This document shows, one piece after another, positions 1 through 11,306 of a stretch of 64,000 bases of DNA. The number at the start of each line of letters is the position of its first letter. Position 1 is the first letter of the stretch. The position numbers were made by a program, and so were the translations under genes. The notes under the pieces are model-generated. The model did no database searches. It saw nothing but the letters and a program-made list of their open reading frames with translations, and had not been told where the DNA came from. Location: contig CAVYRF010000002.1 in the NCBI GenBank assembly GCA_963770895.1, positions 3,808,001-3,872,000 of the forward strand, read 5' to 3'. The stretch comes from an uncultured Acidobacteriota bacterium (GTDB taxonomy: Bacteria > Acidobacteriota > Thermoanaerobaculia > Multivoradales > UBA5704).

Positions 1-1
1 C

Positions 2-535
2 GTGCGCGCCGGCGAGCCGGTGGTGGTAGACCTCTACCCGCGCACCGCGGGGCGGGGGTACGCGCCGCTCTTTGCCGACTGTACGCGCACGCTGTGCGCC
101 GGCACGCCGCCGCCGGAGGTGGTCCGCGCCCATGCGGCGGTGCTCGCGACGCTGGCCGCCGCGCGCGCCATGGTGGCGCCGGGAGCGCGTGGCTGGGACC
201 TGCAGGAGGCGGTCTGCCGCCAGCTGGAAGCAGAAGGGTACGCCACCCCGCTCAACCACCCCGGCGCCGTCACCGGCTACGTGCACAACCTGGGGCACGG
301 CGTCGGTTTCGAGCTGCACGAGCTGCCCAGCTTCCGCCGCGACACGGGCGCCGAAGGAGTGCTGCGTGCGGGGGACGTCGTCACCCTGGAGCCGGGGCTG
401 TACGACGCCGCCGCGGGCTATGGCGTGCGCCTCGAAGATCTCTTCCTGGTGGCGGCGGACGGCCCCGAGCTGTTGACGCCGCTGCCCTACGATCTGGACC
501 CGCGGGCCTGGGGGGAGACGGACGCAGGCGGCTGA
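2..535 (+). CDS. M24 family (Xaa-Pro) metallopeptidase, 5'-partial
   Basis: Motifs ADCTRT, HNLGHGVGFELHE, TLEPGLY, GVRLED of the pita-bread fold. Confidence 0.9.
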   Translation: MRAGEPVVVDLYPRTAGRGYAPLFADCTRTLCAGTPPPEVVRAHAAVLATLAAARAMVAPGARGWDLQEAVCRQLEAEGYATPLNHPGAVTGYVHNLGHGVGFELHELPSFRRDTGAEGVLRAGDVVTLEPGLYDAAAGYGVRLEDLFLVAADGPELLTPLPYDLDPRAWGETDAGG

Positions 536-616
536 GCCGCAGGCGGCAGGGCGCCGCTCCGGCGCGGGCGCGCGGGTGCCGGCTTTGCTGTAGCATGGGG
601 GTGGGAAGGGGGCGCC

Positions 617-1183
617 ATGGAGACCTTCACCAGCATCCTGGTCGGGCTCGGACTCGCAGCGGCGTGCGGCTTCCGGGTTTTCGTGCCGCTGCTGATCGCC
701 GGTCTGGCGGCGCGCTTCGGCGGCATGAGCGTGGCGCACGGCTTTTCCTGGCTTGCCTCGACGCCCGCGCTGGCGGCCTTCGGCGTCGCCACCGCGGTAG
801 AGATCGTCGGCTACTACGTTCCCTGGATCGACAACCTGCTGGACGCCCTGGCGACGCCGGTCGCGGTCGTCGCCGGCATGCTGCTGATGGCTTCGACGTT
901 GGTGGACTGCGGGCCCTTCCTGCACTGGACCCTGGCGGTGCTGGCCGGCGGCGGCACGGCGGCGGTGTTCCAGGGACTGACGACGGTGGCGCGGCAGGTG
1001 TCGTCGATCAGCACCGGCGGGCTCGGCAACCCGGTGCTGGCGACCGTCGAAGGCGGCAGCGCGGCGCTGCTTTCGGCGCTGGCGGTGACGGTCCCGATCG
1101 CCGCCCTGGTGCTGATCGGTCTGCTGCTCCTGCTGATCCTTAAACTGCTGCCCCTGCGCCGCGCGGCGGCGCGCCCCACGTAG
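617..1183 (+). CDS. DUF4126-family membrane protein
   Basis: GLGLAAACGFRVFVPLL, YYVPWIDNLLD and STGGLGNPVLATVE motifs; hydrophobic. Confidence 0.85.
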   Translation: METFTSILVGLGLAAACGFRVFVPLLIAGLAARFGGMSVAHGFSWLASTPALAAFGVATAVEIVGYYVPWIDNLLDALATPVAVVAGMLLMASTLVDCGPFLHWTLAVLAGGGTAAVFQGLTTVARQVSSISTGGLGNPVLATVEGGSAALLSALAVTVPIAALVLIGLLLLLILKLLPLRRAAARPT

Positions 1184-1219
1184 GTTCTGGAAAGCGCGCC
1201 GGCGGCTGAGAAGGCGACG

Positions 1220-2479
1220 ATGTCCTTCGCGAGATCGAACCACCCGGCCGGCGGCGGCACTTTCACCAGGTGGCGGGCGCGTGCGCGATTGCTGGCGCGC
1301 GCCGTCGGCGTGGCCGCCTTTGGGGGGGCGGCCGCGGCGGCGCTCTGTGCCGGCGGTTGCGCCAGCCTCGATCTGCAACACCGGCAGCAGGCGGAGATCA
1401 CGCGGCAGCTGCACGACCGCGGTCTGGACCCGGCGAGCATCGTGGTGCCCTGGCAGATCGACGCCGAGATGCGCGAGTGGGTGCACCAGCAGGTCCCCAA
1501 CCGGGTCTCTCCCGACCAGCGCTTGAGCCGCCTGCTGGCCGCGCTGCTCGACGACGACAACGACGGTGTGGGGCTGGAATACGAAGCAGGCGCCAACGGC
1601 ACGGCGCAGGATGCGTTCGCCAGCGGCAAGGCAAACTGCCTGGCCTTCACCAATCTCTTTGTCGGCATGGCCCGCGAGCTCGACGTGCCGGTGTTCTACC
1701 TCGAAATCGGCGACATCGAAAAGTTCGCGCGCGCGGGCAACCTGGTGGTGCAGTCCGGTCACGTGACCGCCGGCTACGACAGCGGCGGCAAGATCCGCAT
1801 CCTGGACTTCGACCCGGAGGAGCGGCCGAAGTATCGCCAGCTGCACCGGGTGACGGACCTGACGGCGATCGCGCTCTACTACTCCAACCTGGGCGCCCAG
1901 CTGCTGGAGCGCGACCAGGACCGCGAGGCGCTCGGCTGGCTGGACACCGCGGTCCGCCTCGATCCCGAGCTGGCGCGCGCCTGGATCAACCGCGGCGTGG
2001 CGCTGCGCCGCACCGGCGACCTGGTGGCGGCCGAGGCGGCCTATCGGCGGGCGCTGGAGGCGGACCCCAACGCGGTGGCCGGCTATCAGGACCTGGCGGC
2101 GCTGCTGTTCGGCTCGGGCCGCAGCCGCGAAGGCGAGGAGCTGATGGCGCTGTCGGCCCGGCTCGATGCGCGCAACCCGTTCAACCTGCTGTCTTTAGGC
2201 GATCTGTCGGTGGCTCACGGCAGGCTTGACGAGGCGCGCCGCTTCTATCGCAAGGCCGAGCGGCAGGACAACGCCGCGGCGGAGGCGGAAGCCGCCCTGG
2301 GCGAGCTGTCCCTGGCGACCGGCGATCGTGCCGAGGCGCGCCGCTGGCTGCAAAAGGCGCGGTCGCGCGACGCCGCCAACGATCGGGTGCGGCGTCTGGA
2401 AGCGGCGCTCGCCGCCACCAGGAGCGTGGCAAACTCCCCTGCGACGTACTGCGACATCGACCAAGGGACCCTGCTATGA
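1220..2479 (+). CDS. Transglutaminase-like domain + TPR repeat protein (probable lipoprotein)
   Basis: Lipobox-like AGGC; ANCLAFTNL (Cys), GHV (His), LDFD; C-terminal TPRs ([14 protein letters not shown]). Start uncertain. Confidence 0.75.
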   Translation: MSFARSNHPAGGGTFTRWRARARLLARAVGVAAFGGAAAAALCAGGCASLDLQHRQQAEITRQLHDRGLDPASIVVPWQIDAEMREWVHQQVPNRVSPDQRLSRLLAALLDDDNDGVGLEYEAGANGTAQDAFASGKANCLAFTNLFVGMARELDVPVFYLEIGDIEKFARAGNLVVQSGHVTAGYDSGGKIRILDFDPEERPKYRQLHRVTDLTAIALYYSNLGAQLLERDQDREALGWLDTAVRLDPELARAWINRGVALRRTGDLVAAEAAYRRALEADPNAVAGYQDLAALLFGSGRSREGEELMALSARLDARNPFNLLSLGDLSVAHGRLDEARRFYRKAERQDNAAAEAEAALGELSLATGDRAEARRWLQKARSRDAANDRVRRLEAALAATRSVANSPATYCDIDQGTLL

Positions 2480-2898
2480 AGAGCCTGACCCGCCACCTGA
2501 CCATGCACGTTCCGGCGCGCATGGATTTTGTCAACATCACCGGCGAGGTGGCGCAGGCCGTCGCGGAGAGCGGCGTGCAGGAAGGGCTGTGCCTGGTCAA
2601 CGCCATGCACATCACCGCCAGCGTCTTCATCAACGACGACGAACCGGGCCTGCACCAGGACTACAAACGCTGGCTGGAGGGGTTGGCCCCCTTCGACCCC
2701 AGCCCCGACCGCTACCGCCACAACCGCACCGGCGAGGACAATGCCGACGCCCACCACAAGCGCCAGGTCATGGGGCGCGAAGTGGTGGTGGCGATCACCA
2801 AGGGACGCCTCGACTTCGGCCCCTGGGAGCAGATCTTTTACGGCGAGTTCGACGGCCATCGCGACAAGCGGGTCCTGATCAAGATCCTTGGCGAATAA
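2476..2898 (+). CDS. yjbQ: Secondary thiamine-phosphate synthase enzyme YjbQ (UPF0047)
   Basis: [31 protein letters not shown] motifs. Confidence 0.92.
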   Translation: MKSLTRHLTMHVPARMDFVNITGEVAQAVAESGVQEGLCLVNAMHITASVFINDDEPGLHQDYKRWLEGLAPFDPSPDRYRHNRTGEDNADAHHKRQVMGREVVVAITKGRLDFGPWEQIFYGEFDGHRDKRVLIKILGE

Positions 2899-5641
2899 GA
2901 GCGTCGCACCCGGAGAGGCGCAGTCCACCGGGGACTTGGTGGTGACGGTGCCGTGGCGCCTGGCGGTGGATACCGGCGGCACCTTCACCGACTGCCTGGC
3001 CATCGATCCTGCCGGGCAGGTGCGGCGGGCCAAGGTCCTGTCCTCGGCCGCCCTGCGGGCACGCATCGCGGCGCGCCTGGATGCCGTCACCGTGGTCCTG
3101 GCGCCCTCCGGCGTCGCCTGGCAGCTGCCGGACGGGTTCTTCGACGGGTGTGAGCTGCGCCTGCTGGCGGGTGCCGGTGGCGACGACGTTCCCGGCGGGG
3201 GGGATGGCCCGGAGGGTGGCGACGCGGCGCCGGTGCGGGTGGTGGAGAGCCGCTCGGGAGGTGCCGGCGGTGCCCACGATGCCGGCGGCGGCCGCGGTGG
3301 TGCGGTGGTGCGGGTGGACCGGCCGCTGCCGCCGGGCGACCTGACCGGCGCCGCGGTCGAGCTGCGCGCGGCGGAAGAGGCGCCGGTACTGGCCGCCCGG
3401 CTGGTCACCGGGACGCCGCCGGGCAGGCCGCTGCCGCCGCTGTCGCTGCGGCTGGCCACCACCCGCGGCACCAACGCCCTGCTGGAGCGCAAGGGGGCGC
3501 CGGTGGCGCTCTTCATCACCCGCGGCTTTGCCGACCTGTTGCGCATTGGCACCCAGCAGCGCCCGGACCTGTTCGCGCTGGCGATCGAGCGGCCGCGGCC
3601 GCTGTACGCGGCGGTGGTGGAGGTGGACGAGCGGCTCGATGCCGGCGGCGCCGTCTTGCGGCCGCTCGACCTGGCGGCGCTGGGCGCGCCGGCGGAACGG
3701 CTGGTGGCGTCCGGCGTGCGCTGCGCCGCGGTGGCGCTGCTCCACAGCTACCGCAACCCGCGCCACGAGCAGCAGCTGGGCGCCTTTCTGCGCGCCGCGG
3801 GCTTCACTCACGTGGCCATGTCGGCCGAGCTGGCGCCGCTCATCAAGCTGCTGCCGCGCGCCGAGACGGCGGTGGTGGACGCCTACCTGGCGCCGATCCT
3901 GGGCGCCTACCTGGCGATGGTGACGGCGGCGGTGCCGGACGGGGCGCTGCACGTCATGACCAGCGCCGGAGGCCTGGTGCGGGCGGCCGACTTCCGCGCC
4001 AAGGACAGCCTGCTGTCGGGGCCGGCGGGAGGCGTCGTCGGGGCGGCGCGCGCCGGGCGGCTGTCGGGGCGCGAGCGCATCATCGCGTTCGACATGGGCG
4101 GCACCAGCACCGACGTGGCGCGCTGCGACGGCGACTTCGAGTACCTGTTCGAGCATCGCGTGGGCGACGCCCACCTGGTGGCGCCGGCGCTCGCCATCGA
4201 AAGCGTCGCCGCCGGCGGCGGCTCGATCTGCACCTGGGCCGACGGCCGCCTGCAGGTGGGACCGCAAAGCGCCGGCGCCCGGCCGGGCCCGGCCTGCTAC
4301 GGCGCCGGCGGGCCCCTGACCATCACCGACGTCAACCTGCTGCTGGGGCGCCTGGCGCCCGGCCGCTTCGAGATCCCGCTCGATCCGGCCGCCGCCCGGC
4401 GGGCGGCCGCGGCGTTGCTGGCGGCGCTCGGCGACCCGGCGGATGGGGGGGCCGGCGGCACGCAGGCCGTCAGCGGCGCCGGCGAGGTGGCGGTCGGCAG
4501 TGCCCAGGATGGGGATGATGAGGCGATGGGCACTCTTCGGCTGGACGGCAACGCCGACGACCAAGCCGGTGCCATCGCCGGCAGGGGAACGACCGGCGCG
4601 GCGCCCGCTGGCGGTGACCTCGCAGGCGGCGAACCCATACTGGAGGGGCTGCTGGCGATTGCCAACGAGCGGATGGCCGAGGCGATCCGCGGCATCTCCC
4701 TGCGGCGCGGTTACGACCCGGCGGAGTATGCGCTGGTGGCCTTCGGCGGCGCCGGCGCGCAGCATGCGTGTGCGGTGGCGGCTCTGCTGGGGATGGACAC
4801 AGTGCTGGTGCCCGCCGATGCCGGCCTGCTTTCGGCGCTGGGTCTGGGCGGCGCGGTCATCGAGCGCTTCGCCCAGCGCCAGGTGCTGGCACCGCTCGCC
4901 GCCGCGGCCGCGCACCTGGATGCCTGGTGCGACGAGCTGGGCCGCCAGGCGGTGGCGGCGGTGGCGGCCGAAGGCATACCCGCCGACCAGGTCGCCGTCC
5001 GCCGGCGCATGGTCGCGCTGCGCTTTGCCGGCCAGGAAGCGACGCTTCCCGTCGACTACGCCGGCGCCGACAGCCTGGCCGCGGCCTTTGCCGCCGCCTA
5101 CACCGCGGTCTATGGCTACCAGCCCGAGGGCCGCGACATCGAGATCGAATCGTTGCGGGTGGTCGCCTCGTCGACCGGCCCGGCCGCGGTGGTTGCCGCC
5201 GCTGTCGCCGGCCGCGTCTTTGCGCCAGCAGGCGATCCGAGAGGCGGACCTCCTGGCGCTGCTTCCGCGGCTGGCTCGGAAGCGGCTGCCGACGCCGCCG
5301 ATCCTGCGCCTGGCGTGGACGCTGGGCTAGCCGCCAGTGCCGTCGCCATCTCCCGAGGTGGCGGCGAGAAAGCTGCTGCCGCGATCCTTGGTGGTGGCGA
5401 CGCCGCGGCGAGGGGCCTTGGCGTGGGTGCGGTCGCGACGGCCGGCCGGGCTTACTTTGACGGCGTGTGGCGGCAGGTCCCGGTGTACGAGCGCGCCGGC
5501 CTTGCGGTGGGCGCGCCGATCGCCGGACCGGCGCTGGTGCTCGAAGACCATACCGCGACCGTGGTCGAGGCCGGCTGGTGCTGTCACCTGGACGGTGCCG
5601 GCGCGCTGGTGATCCGGCGGTTGGCGCGGGTAGCCTCATGA
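2888..5641 (+). CDS. Hydantoinase A / 5-oxoprolinase N-terminal subunit
   Basis: [43 protein letters not shown] motifs; start could be a GTG at ~2940-2950. Confidence 0.9.
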   Translation: MANKSVAPGEAQSTGDLVVTVPWRLAVDTGGTFTDCLAIDPAGQVRRAKVLSSAALRARIAARLDAVTVVLAPSGVAWQLPDGFFDGCELRLLAGAGGDDVPGGGDGPEGGDAAPVRVVESRSGGAGGAHDAGGGRGGAVVRVDRPLPPGDLTGAAVELRAAEEAPVLAARLVTGTPPGRPLPPLSLRLATTRGTNALLERKGAPVALFITRGFADLLRIGTQQRPDLFALAIERPRPLYAAVVEVDERLDAGGAVLRPLDLAALGAPAERLVASGVRCAAVALLHSYRNPRHEQQLGAFLRAAGFTHVAMSAELAPLIKLLPRAETAVVDAYLAPILGAYLAMVTAAVPDGALHVMTSAGGLVRAADFRAKDSLLSGPAGGVVGAARAGRLSGRERIIAFDMGGTSTDVARCDGDFEYLFEHRVGDAHLVAPALAIESVAAGGGSICTWADGRLQVGPQSAGARPGPACYGAGGPLTITDVNLLLGRLAPGRFEIPLDPAAARRAAAALLAALGDPADGGAGGTQAVSGAGEVAVGSAQDGDDEAMGTLRLDGNADDQAGAIAGRGTTGAAPAGGDLAGGEPILEGLLAIANERMAEAIRGISLRRGYDPAEYALVAFGGAGAQHACAVAALLGMDTVLVPADAGLLSALGLGGAVIERFAQRQVLAPLAAAAAHLDAWCDELGRQAVAAVAAEGIPADQVAVRRRMVALRFAGQEATLPVDYAGADSLAAAFAAAYTAVYGYQPEGRDIEIESLRVVASSTGPAAVVAAAVAGRVFAPAGDPRGGPPGAASAAGSEAAADAADPAPGVDAGLAASAVAISRGGGEKAAAAILGGGDAAARGLGVGAVATAGRAYFDGVWRQVPVYERAGLAVGAPIAGPALVLEDHTATVVEAGWCCHLDGAGALVIRRLARVAS

Positions 5642-5654
5642 TGAGGATCGGTCG

Positions 5655-6350
5655 ATGACCTCCGGTCCGCAGGTAGGTGGCGGCTCGGCGCCGGTGAGGT
5701 CCAGCGGGCGCGACGCGGACCAGGAGGCAAGGGTCGAACGGCGGTTGCGCCGGCTGGGCTCGATCTGTGCGATACCGGCCGCGGCGGCGCTGGTTGCCGC
5801 GGGCGCGATGGCCTGGGTGCTGGCGCGCGACGTGGCGGCGACCTCCGGGGCGTCGCCGCCGGCTGCGTCCTTCCTGCTCGCCTTTGGCGCGATGCTGTTG
5901 ATCCTGCTGTCGCGCCCGCTGCGTGCGAACATCTTGCGACGCGCGGACGAGCGCGAGCTGGATGCCGACGCCGACGATGGCGACGGGGCCGGCGACCTGG
6001 CCGGCGCAGTGGAGCGCGGTGATGGCGCAGGGCTGGTGGCGCCCGCAGCGACCCCGGCCCAGACGGAGATGGAGGCGATTCTGGCTGGCGCGGCGCCGCG
6101 GCTCGATGCCGGGCAGCAGTGGGACGATGCGGCCAGCCGGAGGCTGGACGCGTTTACCTGGGCGACGTTGGCCGGCTTCGCGATGTTGGGGGCGGCGACG
6201 GCCATCGGCATCTGGGTGGCGGTGGCCGGCAGTGCGGTGTTCTATGGCTTGGTGATCTGCGTGGCCGGCCTGCTGGCGATGGCGGCGACGTGGCCGCGCC
6301 GCAGCGACCTGCCGGCGCAGGCCGATGGGCGGCGGGAGGATGGGACGTGA
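5655..6350 (+). CDS. Hypothetical membrane protein (4 TM, C-terminal WPRR)
   Basis: Four hydrophobic segments; operonic position; similar to the next gene. Confidence 0.65.
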   Translation: MTSGPQVGGGSAPVRSSGRDADQEARVERRLRRLGSICAIPAAAALVAAGAMAWVLARDVAATSGASPPAASFLLAFGAMLLILLSRPLRANILRRADERELDADADDGDGAGDLAGAVERGDGAGLVAPAATPAQTEMEAILAGAAPRLDAGQQWDDAASRRLDAFTWATLAGFAMLGAATAIGIWVAVAGSAVFYGLVICVAGLLAMAATWPRRSDLPAQADGRREDGT

Positions 6351-6390
6351 GGTCGGCGCCTGGGCAACGGCGCGGATTGCGAGGCTGAAC

Positions 6391-6951
6391 ATGGGACCTG
6401 ACACCAGGACACAGCCGCGGGTGGTGGCGTTTCCGGGGGCGCCCGCGGCGCCTTCCCTGCTGGGCAGCGAACGCCGGGCGGCGCTCGTGGCGCAACGGTC
6501 GCCGGCGCTCCAGGTGATCTGCGGCGCCGTGCTGGGGATCGCCGGGTTGATGGCCGCGGCGAGCGTCGTGGTGGTGCGCGTCATGACGATGCCGCCCGCC
6601 ACTTCGACTCGCCAGGCGCTGGCTCTGGCAGGTGGGGCGGCGCTGCTGATCGTCGTCGCGTCCCGGCTGCAGGCGCGCATTCTGGGCAATGCCGGGCGGG
6701 GCGTGCCGGCGCCGCCGACCAAGGAGGCGGCAGAGGCGCTTGCCGCCGCGATTCTCGATGGCTATGCGCGCGGCACCGTTGTGGGCTTCTCGCTGCTTGC
6801 CGCCGCCGCGTGCCTGGGCCTGGTGATCGCCGTGGTGACCGGCAGCGTCCGCTATGCGCTGGTGATCTGCCTGGCGGCGGCGCTCGGCATGGTCGCGCGC
6901 TGGCCGCGCCGGGCGGCGATCGAAGCGTTGCTGCGGCGGCGAGGGCTGTGA
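6391..6951 (+). CDS. Hypothetical membrane protein, paralog of the preceding gene
   Basis: Four TM segments, [20 protein letters not shown]; stop overlaps the next ATG (TGATG); start uncertain (6325 or 6391). Confidence 0.65.
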   Translation: MGPDTRTQPRVVAFPGAPAAPSLLGSERRAALVAQRSPALQVICGAVLGIAGLMAAASVVVVRVMTMPPATSTRQALALAGGAALLIVVASRLQARILGNAGRGVPAPPTKEAAEALAAAILDGYARGTVVGFSLLAAAACLGLVIAVVTGSVRYALVICLAAALGMVARWPRRAAIEALLRRRGL

Positions 6952-8633
6952 TGGACCAGGCGCGGCGGGACACGGCGGGCGGCGCCGGCGTCGGCGGCCC
7001 GGCGGCGGTGCAGCTGGAGCTCTTCACGCACCGCTTCGCGGCGATCGCACGGCAGATGGGGGAGCGGTTGCAGCGTACCGCGGTGTCGACCAACGTCAAG
7101 GAGCGGCTCGATTTTTCGTGCGCGCTGCTGGATGCCGGCGGCGAGCTGGTGGTCAACGCGCCGCACATCCCGGTGCACCTGGGGGCTTTGGGCCTTTGCG
7201 TGCGGCTGACCGCGGCGGCGCTGACCCTGGAGCCGGGCGACGTGGTGGTGACCAATCACCCGGCCTTCGGCGGTTCGCACCTGCCGGATGTCACGGTGGT
7301 GACGCCGGTGTTCGGTGGCACGCGGCTGCTCGGCTACGTCGCTTCGCGCGCCCATCACGCGGAGATCGGCGGCATGCGCCCCGGCTCGATGCCGCCGCGC
7401 GCGCGGTGCCTGGCCGAAGAGGGGGTGGTCATCCCGCCGACCCTGCTGGCGCGGCGCGGCGAAACGCGATGGCCGGAGCTGCGGCGGTTGCTCAGCTCGG
7501 GGCCCTACCCGTCGCGCGCGGTCGAGGAGAACCTGGCCGACCTGCGCGCCGCGGTGGCGGCCAACCATCGCGGCGCCGAAGCGCTGCTGGCGCTGGTCCG
7601 GGACAGCGGCAGGCAGTCGCTGGCCGCCAGCGCGCAGGGCGGCGCCGCGGCGCGCGGTGACCAGGATGAGGCGGCGGCCGCGGCGGGCGCGCGGATCGTG
7701 GCGTTCCATATGGAGGCGCTCAAACGGCGCGCCGAAGAGCGCGTGCGCGCCGCCCTGGCGCGGCTGGCGGCGTCGCGCGGCGAGCGCCTGGCGGCGACGG
7801 AGAAGCTGGACGACGGTTCGCCGATCGCGGTGAGCATCGAGCTGGCCGGCGGTGGCGCCACCATCGACTTTGCGGGCTCGGCGGGGGTGCATCCGGGCAA
7901 CCTGAACGCGCCGCCGGCGGTGGTGCGCAGCGCCGTGCTGTACGTGCTGCGCCTGCTGCTCGGCGAGCCGCTGCCGCTCAACGAAGGCCTGCTGCGGCCG
8001 ATCCAGATCCGGGTGCCGCCCGGCATGCTGGCGCCGCCGTTCCCGGAAGACCCCTGGCAGGCGCCGGCGGTGGTGGGAGGCAACGTGGAGACCAGCCAGC
8101 GCTTGGTGGACACGCTGCTGAAGGCGTTGGGGCTGGCGGCCTGCAGCCAGGGCACGATGAACAACGTGCTCTTCGGCAATGAGCGGTTCGGTTTCTACGA
8201 AACCCTGTGCGGCGGCGCCGGCGCCGGACCCGGCTGGGCGGGCGCCAGCGCCGTGCACACCCACATGACCAACACCCGGATCACCGATCCCGAGGTGCTG
8301 GAGCACCGGTATCCCGTGCGCCTCGACCGCTTCGCCGTGCGCGCCGGCTCCGGCGGCGCCGGCCGCCATCGGGGCGGTGACGGCGTGGTGCGGGAGCTGA
8401 CCTTCCTGGAGCCGATGTCGCTTTCCGTGCTCACCCAGCATCGCGTGGAAGCGCCCTACGGCGTCGCCGGCGGCGAACCGGGAGAGCGCGGCCGGCAGCG
8501 CCTGGTCCGCGCCGGAGGCGAAGTGCTCGACCTGCCGTCCATCGCCGGCTGCGAGGTCGAGCCCGGCGATCGTCTCATCCTGGAGACTCCCGGCGGCGGC
8601 GGTTGGGGGCCGGCGGCAGAACCCTGCCCATAG
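6951..8633 (+). CDS. Hydantoinase B / 5-oxoprolinase C-terminal subunit
   Basis: [61 protein letters not shown]. Confidence 0.93.
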   Translation: MDQARRDTAGGAGVGGPAAVQLELFTHRFAAIARQMGERLQRTAVSTNVKERLDFSCALLDAGGELVVNAPHIPVHLGALGLCVRLTAAALTLEPGDVVVTNHPAFGGSHLPDVTVVTPVFGGTRLLGYVASRAHHAEIGGMRPGSMPPRARCLAEEGVVIPPTLLARRGETRWPELRRLLSSGPYPSRAVEENLADLRAAVAANHRGAEALLALVRDSGRQSLAASAQGGAAARGDQDEAAAAAGARIVAFHMEALKRRAEERVRAALARLAASRGERLAATEKLDDGSPIAVSIELAGGGATIDFAGSAGVHPGNLNAPPAVVRSAVLYVLRLLLGEPLPLNEGLLRPIQIRVPPGMLAPPFPEDPWQAPAVVGGNVETSQRLVDTLLKALGLAACSQGTMNNVLFGNERFGFYETLCGGAGAGPGWAGASAVHTHMTNTRITDPEVLEHRYPVRLDRFAVRAGSGGAGRHRGGDGVVRELTFLEPMSLSVLTQHRVEAPYGVAGGEPGERGRQRLVRAGGEVLDLPSIAGCEVEPGDRLILETPGGGGWGPAAEPCP

Positions 8634-8768
8634 ACCGATTCCGACACGGCATAGCGGCGGGACCGCCGGACTTCAGGCTGGCGGATCGGACCGCAATTCC
8701 AAGTTGGGCCAGAACGGTGGCACGGGCCTGGCGCGAGCGGCGCGGCCCGCAGTGCCGCGGCGTCGCGG

Positions 8769-9326
8769 TCAGGTGAAGATATCGGCCAGGTCCAGGGAGA
8801 GGCCGGGGAAGAGCGGGCTGGTGAGAGTGGCGAACCTGGCGCGCCCGTCGTGCAGCGTCGCCCGCCATGGGCGGCGCCCGGTGCGCACCACCGAGACGGT
8901 GCGGGCCGCCGGATCGACCAGCCAGTATTCGCCGACTCCGAAGCGCCGGTAGGCGCGCCGCTTCGCCCCGCCGTCCAGCGTCCGCGACGAGGGCGATAGC
9001 ACTTCCACGACCAGGTCGGGCGCACCGCGAACCCACTTTTCTTCCAGGATGGAAAGCCGGTCCTTGCGCACGAAGAGGAGGTCAGGTTCGACCACGTCGT
9101 ATTCGGAGAGCAGGACGTCCACCGGCGCGAAGAACACTTCGCCCAGGTCGTGGTCGCGGACGAAAACGTGCAGTGCCGTGAACAGATTGCGCAACACCAT
9201 CTGGTGAAGGATGGTCGGGGCGGGGCTCACGAAGTGCCGACCGCCAATGAGTTCGTGGCGCATCCCGTCGTCGGGGAGCGCCGCCAGATCGGTATAGGTG
9301 AGCCTGCTGATCGGCGAGTGAACCAT
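8769..9326 (-). CDS. Uma2 family (DUF820) endonuclease
   Basis: HELIGG, VVEPDL, GAPDLVVEVLSPS, GVGEYWLVDP. Confidence 0.9.
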   Translation of the reverse strand: MVHSPISRLTYTDLAALPDDGMRHELIGGRHFVSPAPTILHQMVLRNLFTALHVFVRDHDLGEVFFAPVDVLLSEYDVVEPDLLFVRKDRLSILEEKWVRGAPDLVVEVLSPSSRTLDGGAKRRAYRRFGVGEYWLVDPAARTVSVVRTGRRPWRATLHDGRARFATLTSPLFPGLSLDLADIFT

Positions 9327-9532
9327 GGCTCACTTAGTATAGACGGAAAAGCATGGGGCTATCGGCAATCTCGACGCGGATGAGGATCACAAGGAGCCAG
9401 GTCTACGATGCGCCGCAAAGCCGTCCTTGATGGTGGGGAGGGGGCGCGCTATCCTCCCACTTTCGCCGCACGGATGCTGGCCGGGGCGCGCCGCCGCCCG
9501 CGGCATGGTGGCGTGTGCAAGGGAGAGCGCGC

Positions 9533-10297
9533 ATGGACTTGCAATACCTCGACCCGACGATCCCCCGCCACCTCGACGGCTGGCACAGTTCGATCCTTGG
9601 CCAGGGCATGCCGATCGTGTCGTACGGCCATTGGGGGCACCCCCTGCTGCTGTTCCCGACCGCCGCGGCCGACTACCTGGAAAATGAGCGCTTCTTTCTG
9701 ATCCAGGCCATCGAGGGGGCGATCCGCGACGGCAAGGTGCGCGTCTTCTCGATCAACAGCATCAACAGCCAGGCCTGGATGGACCGCAACCTGCCGGTGG
9801 CGGAGCAGGCGCGCCGTCAGGCGCTGTATGCGCGCTACATCGAGGACGAAGTGGTGCCCTACATCCGCAACGCCTGCCAGACGCCGGACATCCGCATCGC
9901 CGCCTCGGGCGCCAGCTTCGGCGCCTTCCATGCCGCCAACACCGTGTTCCGGCGGCCGGAAGTGTTCGACGGGCTGATCGCGATGAGCGGCTTCTACGAC
10001 CTGGGGCCGGACTATCTGCACGGCTACAGCGACGACAACGCCTACTTCAACAATCCGGCCTGGTACCTGCCGCAGCTGGAGGGCGAGCGCCTGCAGCTGC
10101 TGCGCACCGCGTGCAAGATCCTGGTGCTGACCGGCCAGGGCGATTACGAAGCGCCGGATGCCTCGCGCCGCCTGTCCGAGATCCTGCACCGCAAGGGCAT
10201 CCCCCACCAGCTCGACATGTGGGGCCACGACATGCCCCACGACTGGCCCACCTGGCGCAAGATGCTGCCCTACGCCGTGGGCCTGATGGGCTGGTAG
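9533..10297 (+). CDS. Alpha/beta-hydrolase esterase family protein
   Basis: YGHWGHP, nucleophile elbow GASFG, HDWPTW; ATG after GGAGAG. Confidence 0.85.
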   Translation: MDLQYLDPTIPRHLDGWHSSILGQGMPIVSYGHWGHPLLLFPTAAADYLENERFFLIQAIEGAIRDGKVRVFSINSINSQAWMDRNLPVAEQARRQALYARYIEDEVVPYIRNACQTPDIRIAASGASFGAFHAANTVFRRPEVFDGLIAMSGFYDLGPDYLHGYSDDNAYFNNPAWYLPQLEGERLQLLRTACKILVLTGQGDYEAPDASRRLSEILHRKGIPHQLDMWGHDMPHDWPTWRKMLPYAVGLMGW

Positions 10298-10328
10298 CGG
10301 GGGGCGCGCGCCGGCCGTAGCCGGGACT

Positions 10329-10402
10329 GCCGGGGCTGCCGCCCGTCCCGGCACTCCCGGAAGATCGCACCCGCCGCACCCGGCGTTGAGGGCAAGCCAG
10401 GC
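10329..10402. repeat. ~74-bp dispersed direct repeat, copy 1
   Basis: About 10 differences from 12613-12685 by manual alignment; begins with a GCCGGG..CCCGGC stem. Confidence 0.8.
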
Positions 10403-10403
10403 A

Positions 10404-11306
10404 CTACGGATTTTGCTGTTCGGCCGCCGCGGCGATGGCGGCCACCAGCTGGTCGGTTGCGGGGCGCGCCGCCTCGACGGCGGGCACGACGCCGTGACGG
10501 CGCAGTTCGGCGCTGGTCACCGGCCCGATGGACGCGGCGCGGAGCTCGCCGCGCCGGCGGGACCAATCGTCGCCGAAAAGGCCGGCAAAGTTGCGCACCG
10601 TGCTGGGGCTGGTAAACGTCACCCAGCCGATGGGGCTGGCGCCAAACAGGTGGATGGCACGGGCTGGGGCCTGGGGCGGCAGCCGCTTCTCATAGGCGGT
10701 CACGGCAACGGCCGCGATGCCGGCGGCAAGCAGCCCGTCGCGTAGCGTCGGCAGCGCGTCGGCGGCCTGCGGCAGCAGCACCCGCTGGCCGCAGTCGAAG
10801 CGGTTGAGCAGCGCCGCCAACAACCCGCTGGCATTCTGTTCGCCGCCCGGCGCCACCAGCGCCGGTTCGATGCCCGCGCCGCGCAGCGCCGCCGCGGTGG
10901 CGGCGCCGACCGCCGCCACCCGCCGCAGCCGCGGCGGTGATCCGGCCAGCGGCAGCAAGCTGTGCACCGCGTTGGTCGAGGCGAAGACCACCCAATCGAA
11001 CAGCTGCAGCTCGGCCGCGGCCCGCGCCAGCGGCGCCGGATCGACCGGCGGCATCACCACCAGCAGCGGCAGCAGCTCAACGGTGGCACCGGCGGCCGTC
11101 AGAGCCGCGCACAGCTGGCCCGCCTGCCGCTCCGCGCGCGTCACCACCACCCTCTCTCCCGCCAGGCCCGGCCCGGAGGACGTGGGTCTCGGCGCCGTTG
11201 CGGCCACCGGATTGGAGCCTGCGGCAGGCGGCGCTACGGGCTGTTCCTCTGCCGGCTGAGCCTGTTCCGCTGGCGTGTCGCGGGGGGGTGGCGTCTTGAT
11301 GGTCAT
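10404..11306 (-). CDS. hemD: Uroporphyrinogen-III synthase
   Basis: VVVTRA, WVVFASTNAV, AVGAATA, TFTSPSTVRNF, SIGPVTS; overlaps the hemC stop. Confidence 0.9.
   Translation of the reverse strand: MTIKTPPPRDTPAEQAQPAEEQPVAPPAAGSNPVAATAPRPTSSGPGLAGERVVVTRAERQAGQLCAALTAAGATVELLPLLVVMPPVDPAPLARAAAELQLFDWVVFASTNAVHSLLPLAGSPPRLRRVAAVGAATAAALRGAGIEPALVAPGGEQNASGLLAALLNRFDCGQRVLLPQAADALPTLRDGLLAAGIAAVAVTAYEKRLPPQAPARAIHLFGASPIGWVTFTSPSTVRNFAGLFGDDWSRRRGELRAASIGPVTSAELRRHGVVPAVEAARPATDQLVAAIAAAAEQQNP

Noticed and set aside
2879-8441. Long antisense ORFs (e.g. 2879-4915, 4857-6722, 6852-8441)
   Set aside because: These are shadow frames of well-supported + strand genes in high-GC DNA.
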